Source of the DNA: a virus
Lineage: Duplodnaviria; Heunggongvirae; Uroviricota; Caudoviricetes
Reading direction: 5' to 3' (one strand)
Length of the DNA: 29,429 bases
IMG/VR virus record: IMGVR_UViG_2698536379_000013
Shown piece by piece: positions 8,138 to 16,683 of this stretch. The notes under the pieces are model-generated. The model was not told the origin of the DNA and made no database searches. It saw only the letters and a list, made by a program, of their open reading frames with translations. The translations under genes were made by a program, and so were the position numbers. Positions within the stretch are counted from its first letter, which is position 1; each line of letters starts with the position of its first letter.

Positions 8138-8601
8138 CAGATAAGCTCCACTGTGCAGTGCGGCGCATCCTGCACCCGGCTGATGGCCCAGCGGGCGTCA
8201 CGCCATAAATCACCGCTTGCTTCCGCCAGTTCCTCGCCTCGCTTCGCACCGGATGCCGTGGCGTCATAGTCCTGGTAACGTTCGTTGAGCATGGCGCGTG
8301 CCCAGCAGTAAACCGCGTTGAAATAGTGCTGAATGCGCTCGCTTTTGCCGTCCAGTTGTTCCGCCGGGACTTCTGCCAGCGAGGCATACCCCAGCATCTG
8401 CTGGCGTCTGCGAAACTCATACAGCTCTGCGTTGACCTCCGAAATTGCCGACAGCGCAACCTGCTTTAAACGCGGCTGCGTCACCGTGCCGTCAGTGCGC
8501 ATGACACTGCGAAACTCCGACAGGTCCACATCAGGCCAGAACGGCGTATTTCTGATGATTTCCGCCTGTTCCGGTGCCTGTTCTGGCGCAACAAACTTCA
8601 T
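8137..8601 (-). CDS. Head completion / stabilisation protein (P2 gpL-like)
   Basis: Resembles recalled P2 gpL (EFRSVMRTDGTVTQPRL, YQDYDATASGAKRGEE, TVELI end). Start set to ATG 8601 with GGAG SD; the GTG at 8664 is an alternative. Confidence 0.75.
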   Translation of the reverse strand: MKFVAPEQAPEQAEIIRNTPFWPDVDLSEFRSVMRTDGTVTQPRLKQVALSAISEVNAELYEFRRRQQMLGYASLAEVPAEQLDGKSERIQHYFNAVYCWARAMLNERYQDYDATASGAKRGEELAEASGDLWRDARWAISRVQDAPHCTVELI

Positions 8602-8696
8602 GCTGCTTTCTCCTGAAATAAAGGGCGGTGGACGGGGTTTTGATGTGGCAGTGCCTTTCGCCACCCCGTGCCGCCCGTGCGCGGGGGCACGTTCTG

Positions 8697-9347
8697 TCAG
8701 CGGCTGTCATTGCGCAGTCTGCGCTCCAGCTGCTGTTTGTCTTTTTTCACGCCACAGCGGGGATCGAGCTGTAACGCATGGTTGAGATGATTAAGGGCGG
8801 AAGCCGGATTACTTTCACTCAGGACAGCGCCAATCGCTTTATGCAGACGCGCCCGTGACTGGTCCGGCATATCCAGACCGTCTGTCAGCTCCAGCGTCTG
8901 CAGCAGCAGATCGACATCAAAGCCGGTAGTGGCAAGCATTGCGCTCTGCGCTGCGTCTGCCATTTCCTCTGCCAGCACGGTCTGCACGTTGCGGTTACCT
9001 AGCGGCATCACCCAGCCATGACGCAGGGCATGACGCCCGATCTCCAGCGCTCCGACATAATCTCCGGCATCAATGCGCCACAGCATCACGTACATCAGCA
9101 CGTCATCCTGTTGAGCGCCTCCGGCAGCCAGGACACCCTCCGCCCAGGCGGCGTATTTCGGCAGCAGCTCCACCTTGATTTCCGCTTTTTTGACCGTGGA
9201 CTGAACGCCCTTGAGACGGCGGCGGTCTTCTGCCAGTTGCAGCAGCATCAGGTCATAGCCCGACGCGTGGCGAACGCTGCCGCCCTCGCGGGCGGCCTGT
9301 TCAGCCTGAACGCGCAGGCGATGCTGCCGTGCGGGACTCAGGCTCAT
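8697..9347 (-). CDS. Terminase endonuclease (small) subunit (P2 gpM-like)
   Basis: 216 aa, ATG start with GGAG SD, in the conserved position between L and N. Confidence 0.8.
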   Translation of the reverse strand: MSLSPARQHRLRVQAEQAAREGGSVRHASGYDLMLLQLAEDRRRLKGVQSTVKKAEIKVELLPKYAAWAEGVLAAGGAQQDDVLMYVMLWRIDAGDYVGALEIGRHALRHGWVMPLGNRNVQTVLAEEMADAAQSAMLATTGFDVDLLLQTLELTDGLDMPDQSRARLHKAIGAVLSESNPASALNHLNHALQLDPRCGVKKDKQQLERRLRNDSR

Positions 9348-9350
9348 GGT

Positions 9351-10409
9351 TTACGCTCCGGTTTCTGCTGCGGCGGCGCTGAAGTCGCCAATCTGGATGT
9401 TTTCCACCAGTGCGGCGCAGCGGTAGTCCTCAACCACATAGGCTTCGTTAACGGATTCAAAATTTTCAATCCGGTCACGTTTCGGGTTGTCGATAACCGA
9501 ACGGCGGCGGGTGTCTTCCTGCCAGTAAATGGACAGGTTATCCAGACGGGTGATCAGCAGCGCATTCGGCGGGAAGAACGGCGCATGCACGGCCTGCAGG
9601 CCACCCATGCGTTTCTGACTGATGATCATATCGGCAGCCAGTTTTTCACTGTTTTCCTGCTCTTTGTTGACCAGCGGGAAATACTTGTCAGACAGCAGCT
9701 CACGACCGCAAATCACCACCAGATCGTCATCGTCCTGGTAGACCACGTCGATAAGCTCATTGACCGCATCCATCACCACGGCGTCCAGGTTGGCATATTC
9801 GCCACCTTTCCCGACTTTCACCGCACCCGGTGTGGTTTCACCGCCCGTGGTGGTGCTGCCCATGACGTGATCCGGTGCATCCTCACGGATTTTCTGCAGC
9901 CAGCCTTTGTTCACATCCTGCAGCAGCGGGTTTTCGCTACGGTTGGAGGTTTTCGCACGCTTCACGCCGTTAAAGCCGATCATGATGCGGTCCAGTGCCT
10001 GGCGTTTCACGATGGCGTCACGGATACGCACCTGGAAATCCTGAAACTTCGCCCACAGGTCCAGCTTCGCGTAGGTCAGCACCGTGTCAAAGTTGGTCTG
10101 TTCGCATTTGTATTCCACATCGATCATCAGCGTCGGATCGACAGGTTCACGCTCTTTCGCGGTGGTGTCAGTGGTTCCGGCAATGGTGCTGCCAACACCC
10201 AATCCAAGCAGCTGACCGGACTGCTCAGTCACTGGCGTGACGTTAATCAGCGTCAGGAAAGCGGCGGACTGCTGGATCTGGTCTTCCAGCGTCTGCTGCA
10301 CAGACGGCTCTACGGTGAACTTGCTGGACAGTTCCTCAACTGCCACACCGTTCAGACGCGCCAGTTGCTGCAGGTAAGCGTTAAAAGCAAAACGGGTATT
10401 CTTCTTCAT
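9351..10409 (-). CDS. Major capsid protein precursor (P2 gpN-like)
   Basis: 352 aa; extensive match to recalled P2 gpN (TRFAFNAYL, KFTVEPSVQQTL, DLWAKFQDFQVRIRDAIVKRQALD, GFNGVKRA, VGKGGEYANLDAVVMDA, ISQKRMG, ENLSIYWQ). Confidence 0.95.
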   Translation of the reverse strand: MKKNTRFAFNAYLQQLARLNGVAVEELSSKFTVEPSVQQTLEDQIQQSAAFLTLINVTPVTEQSGQLLGLGVGSTIAGTTDTTAKEREPVDPTLMIDVEYKCEQTNFDTVLTYAKLDLWAKFQDFQVRIRDAIVKRQALDRIMIGFNGVKRAKTSNRSENPLLQDVNKGWLQKIREDAPDHVMGSTTTGGETTPGAVKVGKGGEYANLDAVVMDAVNELIDVVYQDDDDLVVICGRELLSDKYFPLVNKEQENSEKLAADMIISQKRMGGLQAVHAPFFPPNALLITRLDNLSIYWQEDTRRRSVIDNPKRDRIENFESVNEAYVVEDYRCAALVENIQIGDFSAAAAETGA

Positions 10410-10425
10410 TGGGTTTTATGCTCCA

Positions 10426-11259
10426 TCAGCAATTGGTCAGAGTGTCAGCGGGGGCGTTGCCGCCTGTTGCACGCTGGCGGTAGTCCTGGCGGCTGTCTTC
10501 ATGACTCAGCTTATCCACCAGTTCGTTAAAGGCGGTTTGCTGCTCCTGCAGAGCAGTCTCCAGCTCAGACAGGCGTTCTTCCTGCTCAGACAGGGATTTT
10601 TCGGTGCGCGTGCTCAGGTTCTGCTGCTCAGTGGCGACCAGTTCCACGGCCTTATGCACATCAGAGAACCGGACGTCATCGGACTGCTCTTTTTTGGTAA
10701 ACAGCGCCGTGACGCGGGCAAACAGGGACGGCTTGTCCTCCTGGATTTCTTCCAGTTCGATCACCGTTTCCTCTGCAGCGGTAAAAAGATTGGCAGGATT
10801 CTGCTTGCGGTTTGCCAGCGGGTTATGGGCTGCACTGGCGCTGAATGTCAGCATTTCCGTACCCAGACTGGCGGGATCATCAGTGGCAGCCAGGCCGACC
10901 AGGTAGGCTTTGCCCGTATCAGCAAACTTCGGGCTGACTTCCATAGAGGTGAATAATTTCTGGCCTTTTTTCACCAGTTCCACCAGGGACTCCGTTGGCT
11001 CAACGTCGGCATACAGTGCCATCTTGCCTGCCAGCGGACCTTCCGCGATTTCTTCAGCAAACAGCGCCGTCACCTTGCCGTAGCGGTTAAACGTGCTGTC
11101 CGGCAGATAAGACTTAATGTGCTCAAGGTTAATCAGCGCGGTATACACCGCCGGGTTGTAGCTGGCTGCCATCTGTTCCAGCCATTCACGCTGGATTTCG
11201 CGTCCGTCGGTAGTGGCACCTTCCACCCCGATGCGAAAACGCTTTGCTTTCACTGTCAT
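10426..11259 (-). CDS. Capsid scaffolding protein (P2 gpO-like)
   Basis: 277 aa; matches recalled P2 gpO (FRIGVEGATTDGR, INLEH, YLVGLAATDDPASLGTEML, SDDVRFSDVHKAV, ATGG...LTNC end). Confidence 0.9.
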   Translation of the reverse strand: MTVKAKRFRIGVEGATTDGREIQREWLEQMAASYNPAVYTALINLEHIKSYLPDSTFNRYGKVTALFAEEIAEGPLAGKMALYADVEPTESLVELVKKGQKLFTSMEVSPKFADTGKAYLVGLAATDDPASLGTEMLTFSASAAHNPLANRKQNPANLFTAAEETVIELEEIQEDKPSLFARVTALFTKKEQSDDVRFSDVHKAVELVATEQQNLSTRTEKSLSEQEERLSELETALQEQQTAFNELVDKLSHEDSRQDYRQRATGGNAPADTLTNC

Positions 11260-11337
11260 GAGCCGTGCTCCGTTAGAAAAAACTTACTGGAGCCTTATGG
11301 TTGCGGTGATGGGGGCAGTGAAACAATGCGCGGTATT

Positions 11338-11355
11338 TGTACCGACAACCACACA
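11338..11355. promoter_or_regulatory. TGT-N12-ACA dyad in the O/P divergent intergenic region (candidate Ogr-type late promoter element)
   Basis: TGTaccgacaaccacACA; centre 55.5 bp upstream of the P ATG. Confidence 0.5.
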
Positions 11356-11401
11356 AACCGCAGGCGGGGAAAGCCTTCATTCAAGGCTGTAGGTTTGTGC
11401 C

Positions 11402-13168
11402 ATGAACACCACACTGACACCCGCAGATCTCGATCCCCGTCGGCAGGCCATGCTGCTGTACTTTCAGGGATACCGCGTAGCCCGCATTGCTGAAATGCTG
11501 GGCGAGAAAGTTGCAACCGTTCACAGCTGGAAAAAACGCGACAAGTGGGGTGACTATGGGCCGCTGGATCAGATGCAGCTCACCACCGCCGCCCGCTACT
11601 GCCAGCTCATTATGAAGGAGCACAAAGAAGGGAAAGATTTCAAAGAAATTGACCTGCTGGCGCGCCAGTCGGAGCGCCACGCGCGGATCGGCAAGTTTAA
11701 CAATGGCGGCAACGAAGCCGACTTAAACCCTAACGTCGCCAACCGCAACAAAGGGCCGCGCCGTCAGCCGGAAAAGAATGTTTTCACCGATGAACAGATT
11801 GAGAAGCTGGAAGAAATCTTCCATTCCTCCATGTTCAACTACCAGCGCCACTGGTGGGAAGCCGGAAAAACCAATCGCATCCGCAACCTGCTGAAGTCTC
11901 GCCAGATCGGCGCGACCTTTTACTTTGCCCGTGAAGCCCTGATTGACGCCCTGCTGACCGGACGTAACCAGATTTTCCTTTCCGCCAGTAAGGCACAGGC
12001 CCACGTCTTTAAGCAGTACATCATCGACTTCGCCAAAGAAGTCGAGGTGGAGCTGAAAGGCGATCCGATGGTGCTTCCTAACGGGGCCACGCTTTACTTC
12101 CTCGGCACCAATGCCCGCACGGCCCAGAGTTACCACGGCAACCTGTATCTGGATGAATATTTCTGGATACCGAAATTCCAGGAGCTGCGCAAAGTGGCTT
12201 CCGGTATGGCTATTCACAAAAAATGGCGACAAACCTATTTTTCCACGCCATCCAGCCTGACACACAGTGCTTATCCGTTCTGGTCCGGTGCGCTGTTCAA
12301 CCGAGGGCGCAACAAAGCCGATAAGGTGGACATCGACCTGTCCCACAGCAATCTGGCCCCCGGCCTGCTGTGCGCAGACGGGCAGTACCGCCAGATAGTC
12401 ACCGTGGAAGATGCGGTGCGCGGCGGCTGTAACCTGTTCGACCTTGACCAGTTGCGCATGGAGTACAGCCCGGACGAATACCAGAACCTGCTGATGTGCG
12501 AGTTCGTGGACGATCTCGCGTCCGTGTTCCCGCTCAGCGAGCTGCAGGCGTGCATGGTGGACAGTTGGGAAGTCTGGACCGACTTTCATGCACTGGCCCT
12601 GCGCCCGTTTGGCTGGCGCGAAGTGTGGATCGGATATGACCCGGCGAAAGGTACGCAGAACGGCGACAGCGCCGGATGCGTGGTGGTGGCGCCGCCAGCC
12701 GTGCCGGGCGGTAAGTTCCGCATTCTTGAGCGTCACCAGTGGCGCGGAATGGACTTCCGCGCCCAGGCTGACGCCATCAAAAAACTGACCGAACAGTACA
12801 ACGTGACCTATATCGGTATCGACTCAACCGGCGTTGGTCACGGGGTTTACGAGAACGTGAAAGCGTTTTTTCCTGCCGTCCGGGAGTTTGTCTACAACCC
12901 CAACGTTAAAAACGCCCTGGTACTCAAGGCCTACGACATTATCAGCCACCGCCGTCTGGAGTTTGACGCCGGACACACCGACATAGCGCAGTCCTTTATG
13001 GCAATCCGTCGCGCCACCACCGCCAGTGGCAACCGCCCGACCTATGAAGCCAGCCGCAGCGAAGAAGCCAGCCACGCCGATCTGGCCTGGGCAACGATGC
13101 ACGCACTGTTTAACGAACCGCTGCAGGGCGAATCCGCCAATACCAGCAATATTGTGGAGATTTTTTGA
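11402..13168 (+). CDS. Terminase ATPase (large) subunit (P2 gpP-like)
   Basis: 588 aa; extensive match to recalled P2 gpP (NRNKGPRRQP, IRNLLKSRQIGAT, GRNQIFLSASKAQAHVFKQYII, GTNARTAQSYHGNLY, KKWRQTYFSTPSS, GWREVW, HQWRGMDFRAQA, SRSEEASHAD). Confidence 0.95.
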   Translation: MNTTLTPADLDPRRQAMLLYFQGYRVARIAEMLGEKVATVHSWKKRDKWGDYGPLDQMQLTTAARYCQLIMKEHKEGKDFKEIDLLARQSERHARIGKFNNGGNEADLNPNVANRNKGPRRQPEKNVFTDEQIEKLEEIFHSSMFNYQRHWWEAGKTNRIRNLLKSRQIGATFYFAREALIDALLTGRNQIFLSASKAQAHVFKQYIIDFAKEVEVELKGDPMVLPNGATLYFLGTNARTAQSYHGNLYLDEYFWIPKFQELRKVASGMAIHKKWRQTYFSTPSSLTHSAYPFWSGALFNRGRNKADKVDIDLSHSNLAPGLLCADGQYRQIVTVEDAVRGGCNLFDLDQLRMEYSPDEYQNLLMCEFVDDLASVFPLSELQACMVDSWEVWTDFHALALRPFGWREVWIGYDPAKGTQNGDSAGCVVVAPPAVPGGKFRILERHQWRGMDFRAQADAIKKLTEQYNVTYIGIDSTGVGHGVYENVKAFFPAVREFVYNPNVKNALVLKAYDIISHRRLEFDAGHTDIAQSFMAIRRATTASGNRPTYEASRSEEASHADLAWATMHALFNEPLQGESANTSNIVEIF

Positions 13169-14202
13169 TGGGAAAGAGTAAGAAGAACCGCGCTGCGGCG
13201 ACGAAACAGATCCAGCTTAAAAGTCAAACTACAGCCGAAGCATTCAGCTTCGGCGATCCCGTTCCTGTTCTGGACCGCCGAGAACTGCTGGATTATGTGG
13301 AATGCGTACAGATGGACCGCTGGTATGAGCCGCCCGTCAGCTTTGACGGACTGGCGCGCACCTTCCGCGCTGCCGTGCATCATAGTTCCCCGATTGCAGT
13401 AAAGTGCAACATTCTGACCAGCACCTACATCCCTCACCCGCTGCTCAGCCAGCAGGCTTTTTCGCGTTTTGTGCAGGACTATCTGGTTTTTGGTAACGCC
13501 TACCTGGAGAAACGCACGAACCGCTTCGGTGAAGTTATCGCCCTTGAGCCTGCACTGGCAAAATACACCCGACGCGGGTTAGACCTGGATACCTACTGGT
13601 TTGTGCAATACGGTATGACAACCCAGCCGTATCAGTTCACGAAAGGCAGCATTTTTCATCTGATGGAACCGGATATTAATCAGGAGATCTACGGCCTGCC
13701 CGGTTATCTTTCTGCCATTCCGTCAGCCCTGCTCAACGAGTCCGCCACGCTGTTCCGTCGCAAGTATTACATTAACGGCAGTCATGCGGGCTTTATCATG
13801 TACATGACCGATGCCGCGCAAAACCAGGAGGATGTGAACAACCTCCGCAATGCGATGAAAAGCGCCAAAGGTCCAGGCAACTTCCGCAACCTGTTTATGT
13901 ACTCGCCTAACGGCAAAAAAGACGGGCTTCAGATCATCCCATTGTCAGAAGTCGCGGCGAAGGATGAGTTTTTGAATATCAAAAATGTCAGCCGCGACGA
14001 CATGATGGCTGCGCACCGCGTGCCGCCGCAAATGATGGGGATTATGCCTAATAATGTTGGAGGGTTTGGGGATGTGGAGAAGGCCAGTCGCGTATTTGTA
14101 CGTAATGAATTAACGCCCTTGCAAAAAAGGCTACAAGAGCTGAACGACTGGCTGGGCGAAGAAGTGATTAAATTTACGCCCTATATTCTTTCAGAAGAAT
14201 AA
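13168..14202 (+). CDS. Portal protein (P2 gpQ-like)
   Basis: ATG 13168 overlaps the P stop (TGATG) with GGAGA SD; 344 aa in the conserved P-Q arrangement. Confidence 0.9.
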   Translation: MGKSKKNRAAATKQIQLKSQTTAEAFSFGDPVPVLDRRELLDYVECVQMDRWYEPPVSFDGLARTFRAAVHHSSPIAVKCNILTSTYIPHPLLSQQAFSRFVQDYLVFGNAYLEKRTNRFGEVIALEPALAKYTRRGLDLDTYWFVQYGMTTQPYQFTKGSIFHLMEPDINQEIYGLPGYLSAIPSALLNESATLFRRKYYINGSHAGFIMYMTDAAQNQEDVNNLRNAMKSAKGPGNFRNLFMYSPNGKKDGLQIIPLSEVAAKDEFLNIKNVSRDDMMAAHRVPPQMMGIMPNNVGGFGDVEKASRVFVRNELTPLQKRLQELNDWLGEEVIKFTPYILSEE

Positions 14203-14210
14203 TTCCGAAC

Positions 14211-14909
14211 TTATTTGTTTCTTCTTTGTTCACGCCTTGTCTTGGCTTCGATAAGGCGTTGAGGTTCAGTGTAAAGCCGTTCTAAAAAAAGATAGGTAAA
14301 ATCTTCAAGATCCTCAGCAGCAGCTTTATCCAAAATACCTTCATGCGCTCCATCATTTCCGTCATCTTTAACGCATTCAGCTAGTTCCCTTAAAGCTTCA
14401 GGCAGTAGATGATTATCAAATAACCACTCCATTCTTAACCCTAGGCTTCTCCTTATTTTTTGCGCAGGCCCTTGCTCCCCATCAGGAAGAAGTCCTTTTG
14501 TGGCATAATCAAGGCAAAGCCTAAACATGGTTGCTGCTGCATTATAACAACCTATAGCCAAACATTTCGCCCCTTCCTCATATGCACTATTGATATGCTC
14601 AGGTAAGAACTCTGGTGGCTCCTCTACTGCTAAGTCTGCCGGTGATATAGGCCTAACAACCTCTGCAACTTCCTTTAAGCCGAATATTCCACTTTCCCAA
14701 TTATAGCCATCTAAAGTTTTATTTTTCGTTAAAGGTCTGCAAAGAAACATTGTCGTTTTATGACACTCTCGGCAAACACAATAGACCTCGTACTCGTATG
14801 TTTTACCCCCGCCCAATGCATTGTAAACCCTAGTGCAATTCAGCCCATTAACATCAAACGCTATTTTTTGTGATCCACATCGTGGACAGTCATCCACTAA
14901 CATAACCAT
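14211..14909 (-). CDS. Hypothetical zinc-ribbon protein (cargo gene between portal gene and cos)
   Basis: 232 aa, ATG with AGGGAGGAG SD. N-terminal Cys cluster CPRCG...CVCRECH; C-terminal alpha-type region with GNDGAH motif, loosely reminiscent of DUF4145-type domains (recall only). AT-richer than flanking genes. Confidence 0.65.
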   Translation of the reverse strand: MVMLVDDCPRCGSQKIAFDVNGLNCTRVYNALGGGKTYEYEVYCVCRECHKTTMFLCRPLTKNKTLDGYNWESGIFGLKEVAEVVRPISPADLAVEEPPEFLPEHINSAYEEGAKCLAIGCYNAAATMFRLCLDYATKGLLPDGEQGPAQKIRRSLGLRMEWLFDNHLLPEALRELAECVKDDGNDGAHEGILDKAAAEDLEDFTYLFLERLYTEPQRLIEAKTRREQRRNK

Positions 14910-15019
14910 GTCAATTACTCCTCCCTATGAAAAAAATGAGTTGAAAAATTGAATATTCACGACTTAAAAAGCTAGCCTATTTAACACCATAATTTCATTA
15001 ATTCAACCATGAGCGCGCG

Positions 15020-15038
15020 CTCGTATCCCCGCCACGCC
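15020..15038 (-). other. Putative cos (cohesive end) site, P2/186-like
   Basis: Minus-strand GGCGTGGCGGGGAtacgag; first 13 nt match the recalled 186 cos overhang GGCGTGGCGGGGAAAGCAT. Adjacent perfect palindrome GAGCGCGCGCTC at 15011-15022. Confidence 0.4.
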
Positions 15039-15082
15039 TGCCCGCTTTATGTAGTGGTTTTCATGCGCCTGCATGACATAAG

Positions 15083-15107
15083 CAAAAGCCCGCCATTCCT
15101 AGCGGGC
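15083..15107 (-). terminator. Rho-independent terminator-like hairpin ending the SOS operon
   Basis: Stem gcccgc/gcgggc (15088-15093 and 15102-15107), 8-nt loop, followed on the minus strand by a T-run (A-run 15084-15087 on plus). Confidence 0.5.
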
Positions 15108-15198
15108 CTCAGCTAAAACGATCCTCAAACGATCATGCGGATTCATGCGGCATAGACATGCACAATCGCCAAAGCGGGCATCGAGACTTTTTGGAAAA

Positions 15199-15810
15199 CT
15201 ACGTAACCACAGTTAATGTGTGCATCCTGTCTCGAATTGCATCACACGTCTCATCAAAAAGCTTGGTGATGGTTGTACGGTTCAACTCTGCCTCTTTCCA
15301 ATAATTTTGCCAGTCAAATTCTGGATCGCCATGCTGAAACGATATTGACTCTGAAAGGCATTCCTTCCGGAAACGGTCCAAGATTATATAAACCTCTGGT
15401 GAGATGAACGGTTTGTTAGACTCAACACTTGTAACAAAAGTATTAAATGCATCGAAAAAAACTTTCAACCTTCTAAATTTTCTCTCTTCAAATGGTTCGT
15501 TGGGGTCAAAATGATCCAGCGCAGGCCTCAGCTTAAGCACGCTTTCTCTGGTTTCAAACATCGAATTCCAAATGAGACTATATGCTGATAACTCCTTATC
15601 AAAATACGCTTTCGTTACATAAACAGAATTGTCTAACTTAGCCTTTATTCTTTCATTAGTTGCACTCAGTTGTGATTGAAATTCAGCAATATCTTTGTTT
15701 AGCCGCGACTTATATCTTTCTAAATAAACTTTCCCGATCCAAACAAATATGCCAGATGCAACAAAAGACACCCCACCCAACGAAGCCAGAATTTTAAAGA
15801 CTAAATCCAT
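15199..15810 (-). CDS. Hypothetical membrane-anchored protein (SOS-operon cargo)
   Basis: 203 aa, ATG with AGGTGGGGG SD; N-terminal TM helix (ILASLGGVSFVASGIFVWIG) then soluble domain; AT-rich; last gene before the terminator. Confidence 0.65.
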   Translation of the reverse strand: MDLVFKILASLGGVSFVASGIFVWIGKVYLERYKSRLNKDIAEFQSQLSATNERIKAKLDNSVYVTKAYFDKELSAYSLIWNSMFETRESVLKLRPALDHFDPNEPFEERKFRRLKVFFDAFNTFVTSVESNKPFISPEVYIILDRFRKECLSESISFQHGDPEFDWQNYWKEAELNRTTITKLFDETCDAIRDRMHTLTVVT

Positions 15811-15858
15811 TGCGCCCCCACCTGCAAAAATAGTATTCCATTATAAGCTAATACATTT

Positions 15859-16119
15859 TTAATCAAACAGGGAATAATTCGCGTCAACCTCATCACTTCT
15901 CTGCTCTACCCTGGTGACTTCCATCAAAAACTCCAGGCCGTCATATAGCGAAACGGGGAATTCCAGCTCAAGCCAGAAGCAGTCTTCATAGGTGCGGCCC
16001 AACCAAAAACCTCCGCCACACTCCTTTGGGCGTTGAAAGAAGACCCAGCCGCCAGGGGTAAACCGTTCCAGCACCTGGCCCCGATAAATAATCTGGTGAT
16101 TACTGTCTTTTTTACCCAT
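15859..16119 (-). CDS. Hypothetical small protein
   Basis: 86 aa from ATG 16119 (MGKKDSNHQ...) with weak GAGG SD; the track version starts at TTG 16170. No recognisable motif. Confidence 0.5.
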   Translation of the reverse strand: MGKKDSNHQIIYRGQVLERFTPGGWVFFQRPKECGGGFWLGRTYEDCFWLELEFPVSLYDGLEFLMEVTRVEQRSDEVDANYSLFD

Positions 16120-16192
16120 GGCTAACGCCTCGCTACTCTCGTTGTTCAACCTTGCTGACGTCAGAATCAAGTTCTTACATCAGGAACGTTCC

Positions 16193-16426
16193 TTAGTGCA
16201 GCCAGCTGTCGTCTTCCCAAACCTGCTGCATAATTTCCATCACCCGCTTTTTGTCTTCATCAAGCTTTAAGCCACTCAGCTCAACGCCGTTTGCCGACCC
16301 TTTACGGATGCGGATAGCTGTCTTGGGATAGATGGGTTGCAGGTTGCGGTAAAGCTCTGACTCCAGAGCGTCCAGGGTAGACTGGCTAATCTTCTGCTCT
16401 TTATCGATCATTATTTCAATGCGCAT
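16193..16426 (-). CDS. DinI-like domain protein (possibly the C-terminal part of a Tum-like antirepressor)
   Basis: From ATG 16426 (MRIEIMIDK...) with GAGGTGA SD 5 nt upstream; resembles the DinI family (MRIEV...LSxELxRR...VSVR...QRISEILQETWE) by recall. Confidence 0.65.
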   Translation of the reverse strand: MRIEIMIDKEQKISQSTLDALESELYRNLQPIYPKTAIRIRKGSANGVELSGLKLDEDKKRVMEIMQQVWEDDSWLH

Positions 16427-16436
16427 AAAAGTCACC

Positions 16437-16625
16437 TCAGCTGATGACATCCATTGAGCGGTTGTATTCGTGGGTTCTGATTTTTGCCATGAGTTCATCT
16501 GTCAGTTCAGAAACCCACTGCAGGGCCAGCCCCTTCTCTTCATCACTACACTCACTAGCCGCTACAAGCTTAAGAAAAAAATCAATGCGCTGGAGCTTCA
16601 AAGACTCCAAAAAATAGTCCTGCAT
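16437..16625 (-). CDS. Tum-like SOS-inducible antirepressor, N-terminal ORF (frame differs from the DinI-like ORF)
   Basis: ATG 16625 with perfect AGGAGG SD; LexA box 43 bp upstream; 62-aa ORF overlapping the DinI-like ORF by 62 nt in another frame. Confidence 0.5.
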   Translation of the reverse strand: MQDYFLESLKLQRIDFFLKLVAASECSDEEKGLALQWVSELTDELMAKIRTHEYNRSMDVIS

Positions 16626-16667
16626 CTTTCCTCCTATGACACCAAAGCAACACTGTATACATAACCA

Positions 16668-16683
16668 CTGTTTATATTTACAG
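16668..16683. promoter_or_regulatory. LexA (SOS) box upstream of the tum-like operon
   Basis: caCTGTttatatttACAGta fits CTGT-N8-ACAG with an AT-rich spacer; a half-site CTGTATAC lies at 16653-16660. Confidence 0.7.

Noticed and set aside
9018-10529. 503-aa plus-strand ORF
   Set aside because: Lies antisense across the major capsid and scaffold genes, which have strong homology support; His/Arg/Gln-rich composition typical of an antisense frame in GC-rich DNA.
11723-12736. 337-aa minus-strand ORF
   Set aside because: Antisense to the well-supported terminase large subunit gene.
14203-16625. P2 old/tin-type genes at the cos-proximal accessory locus
   Set aside because: ORFs here are 86-232 aa with no Walker A ATPase motif; nothing resembles the roughly 590-aa Old ATPase-nuclease.
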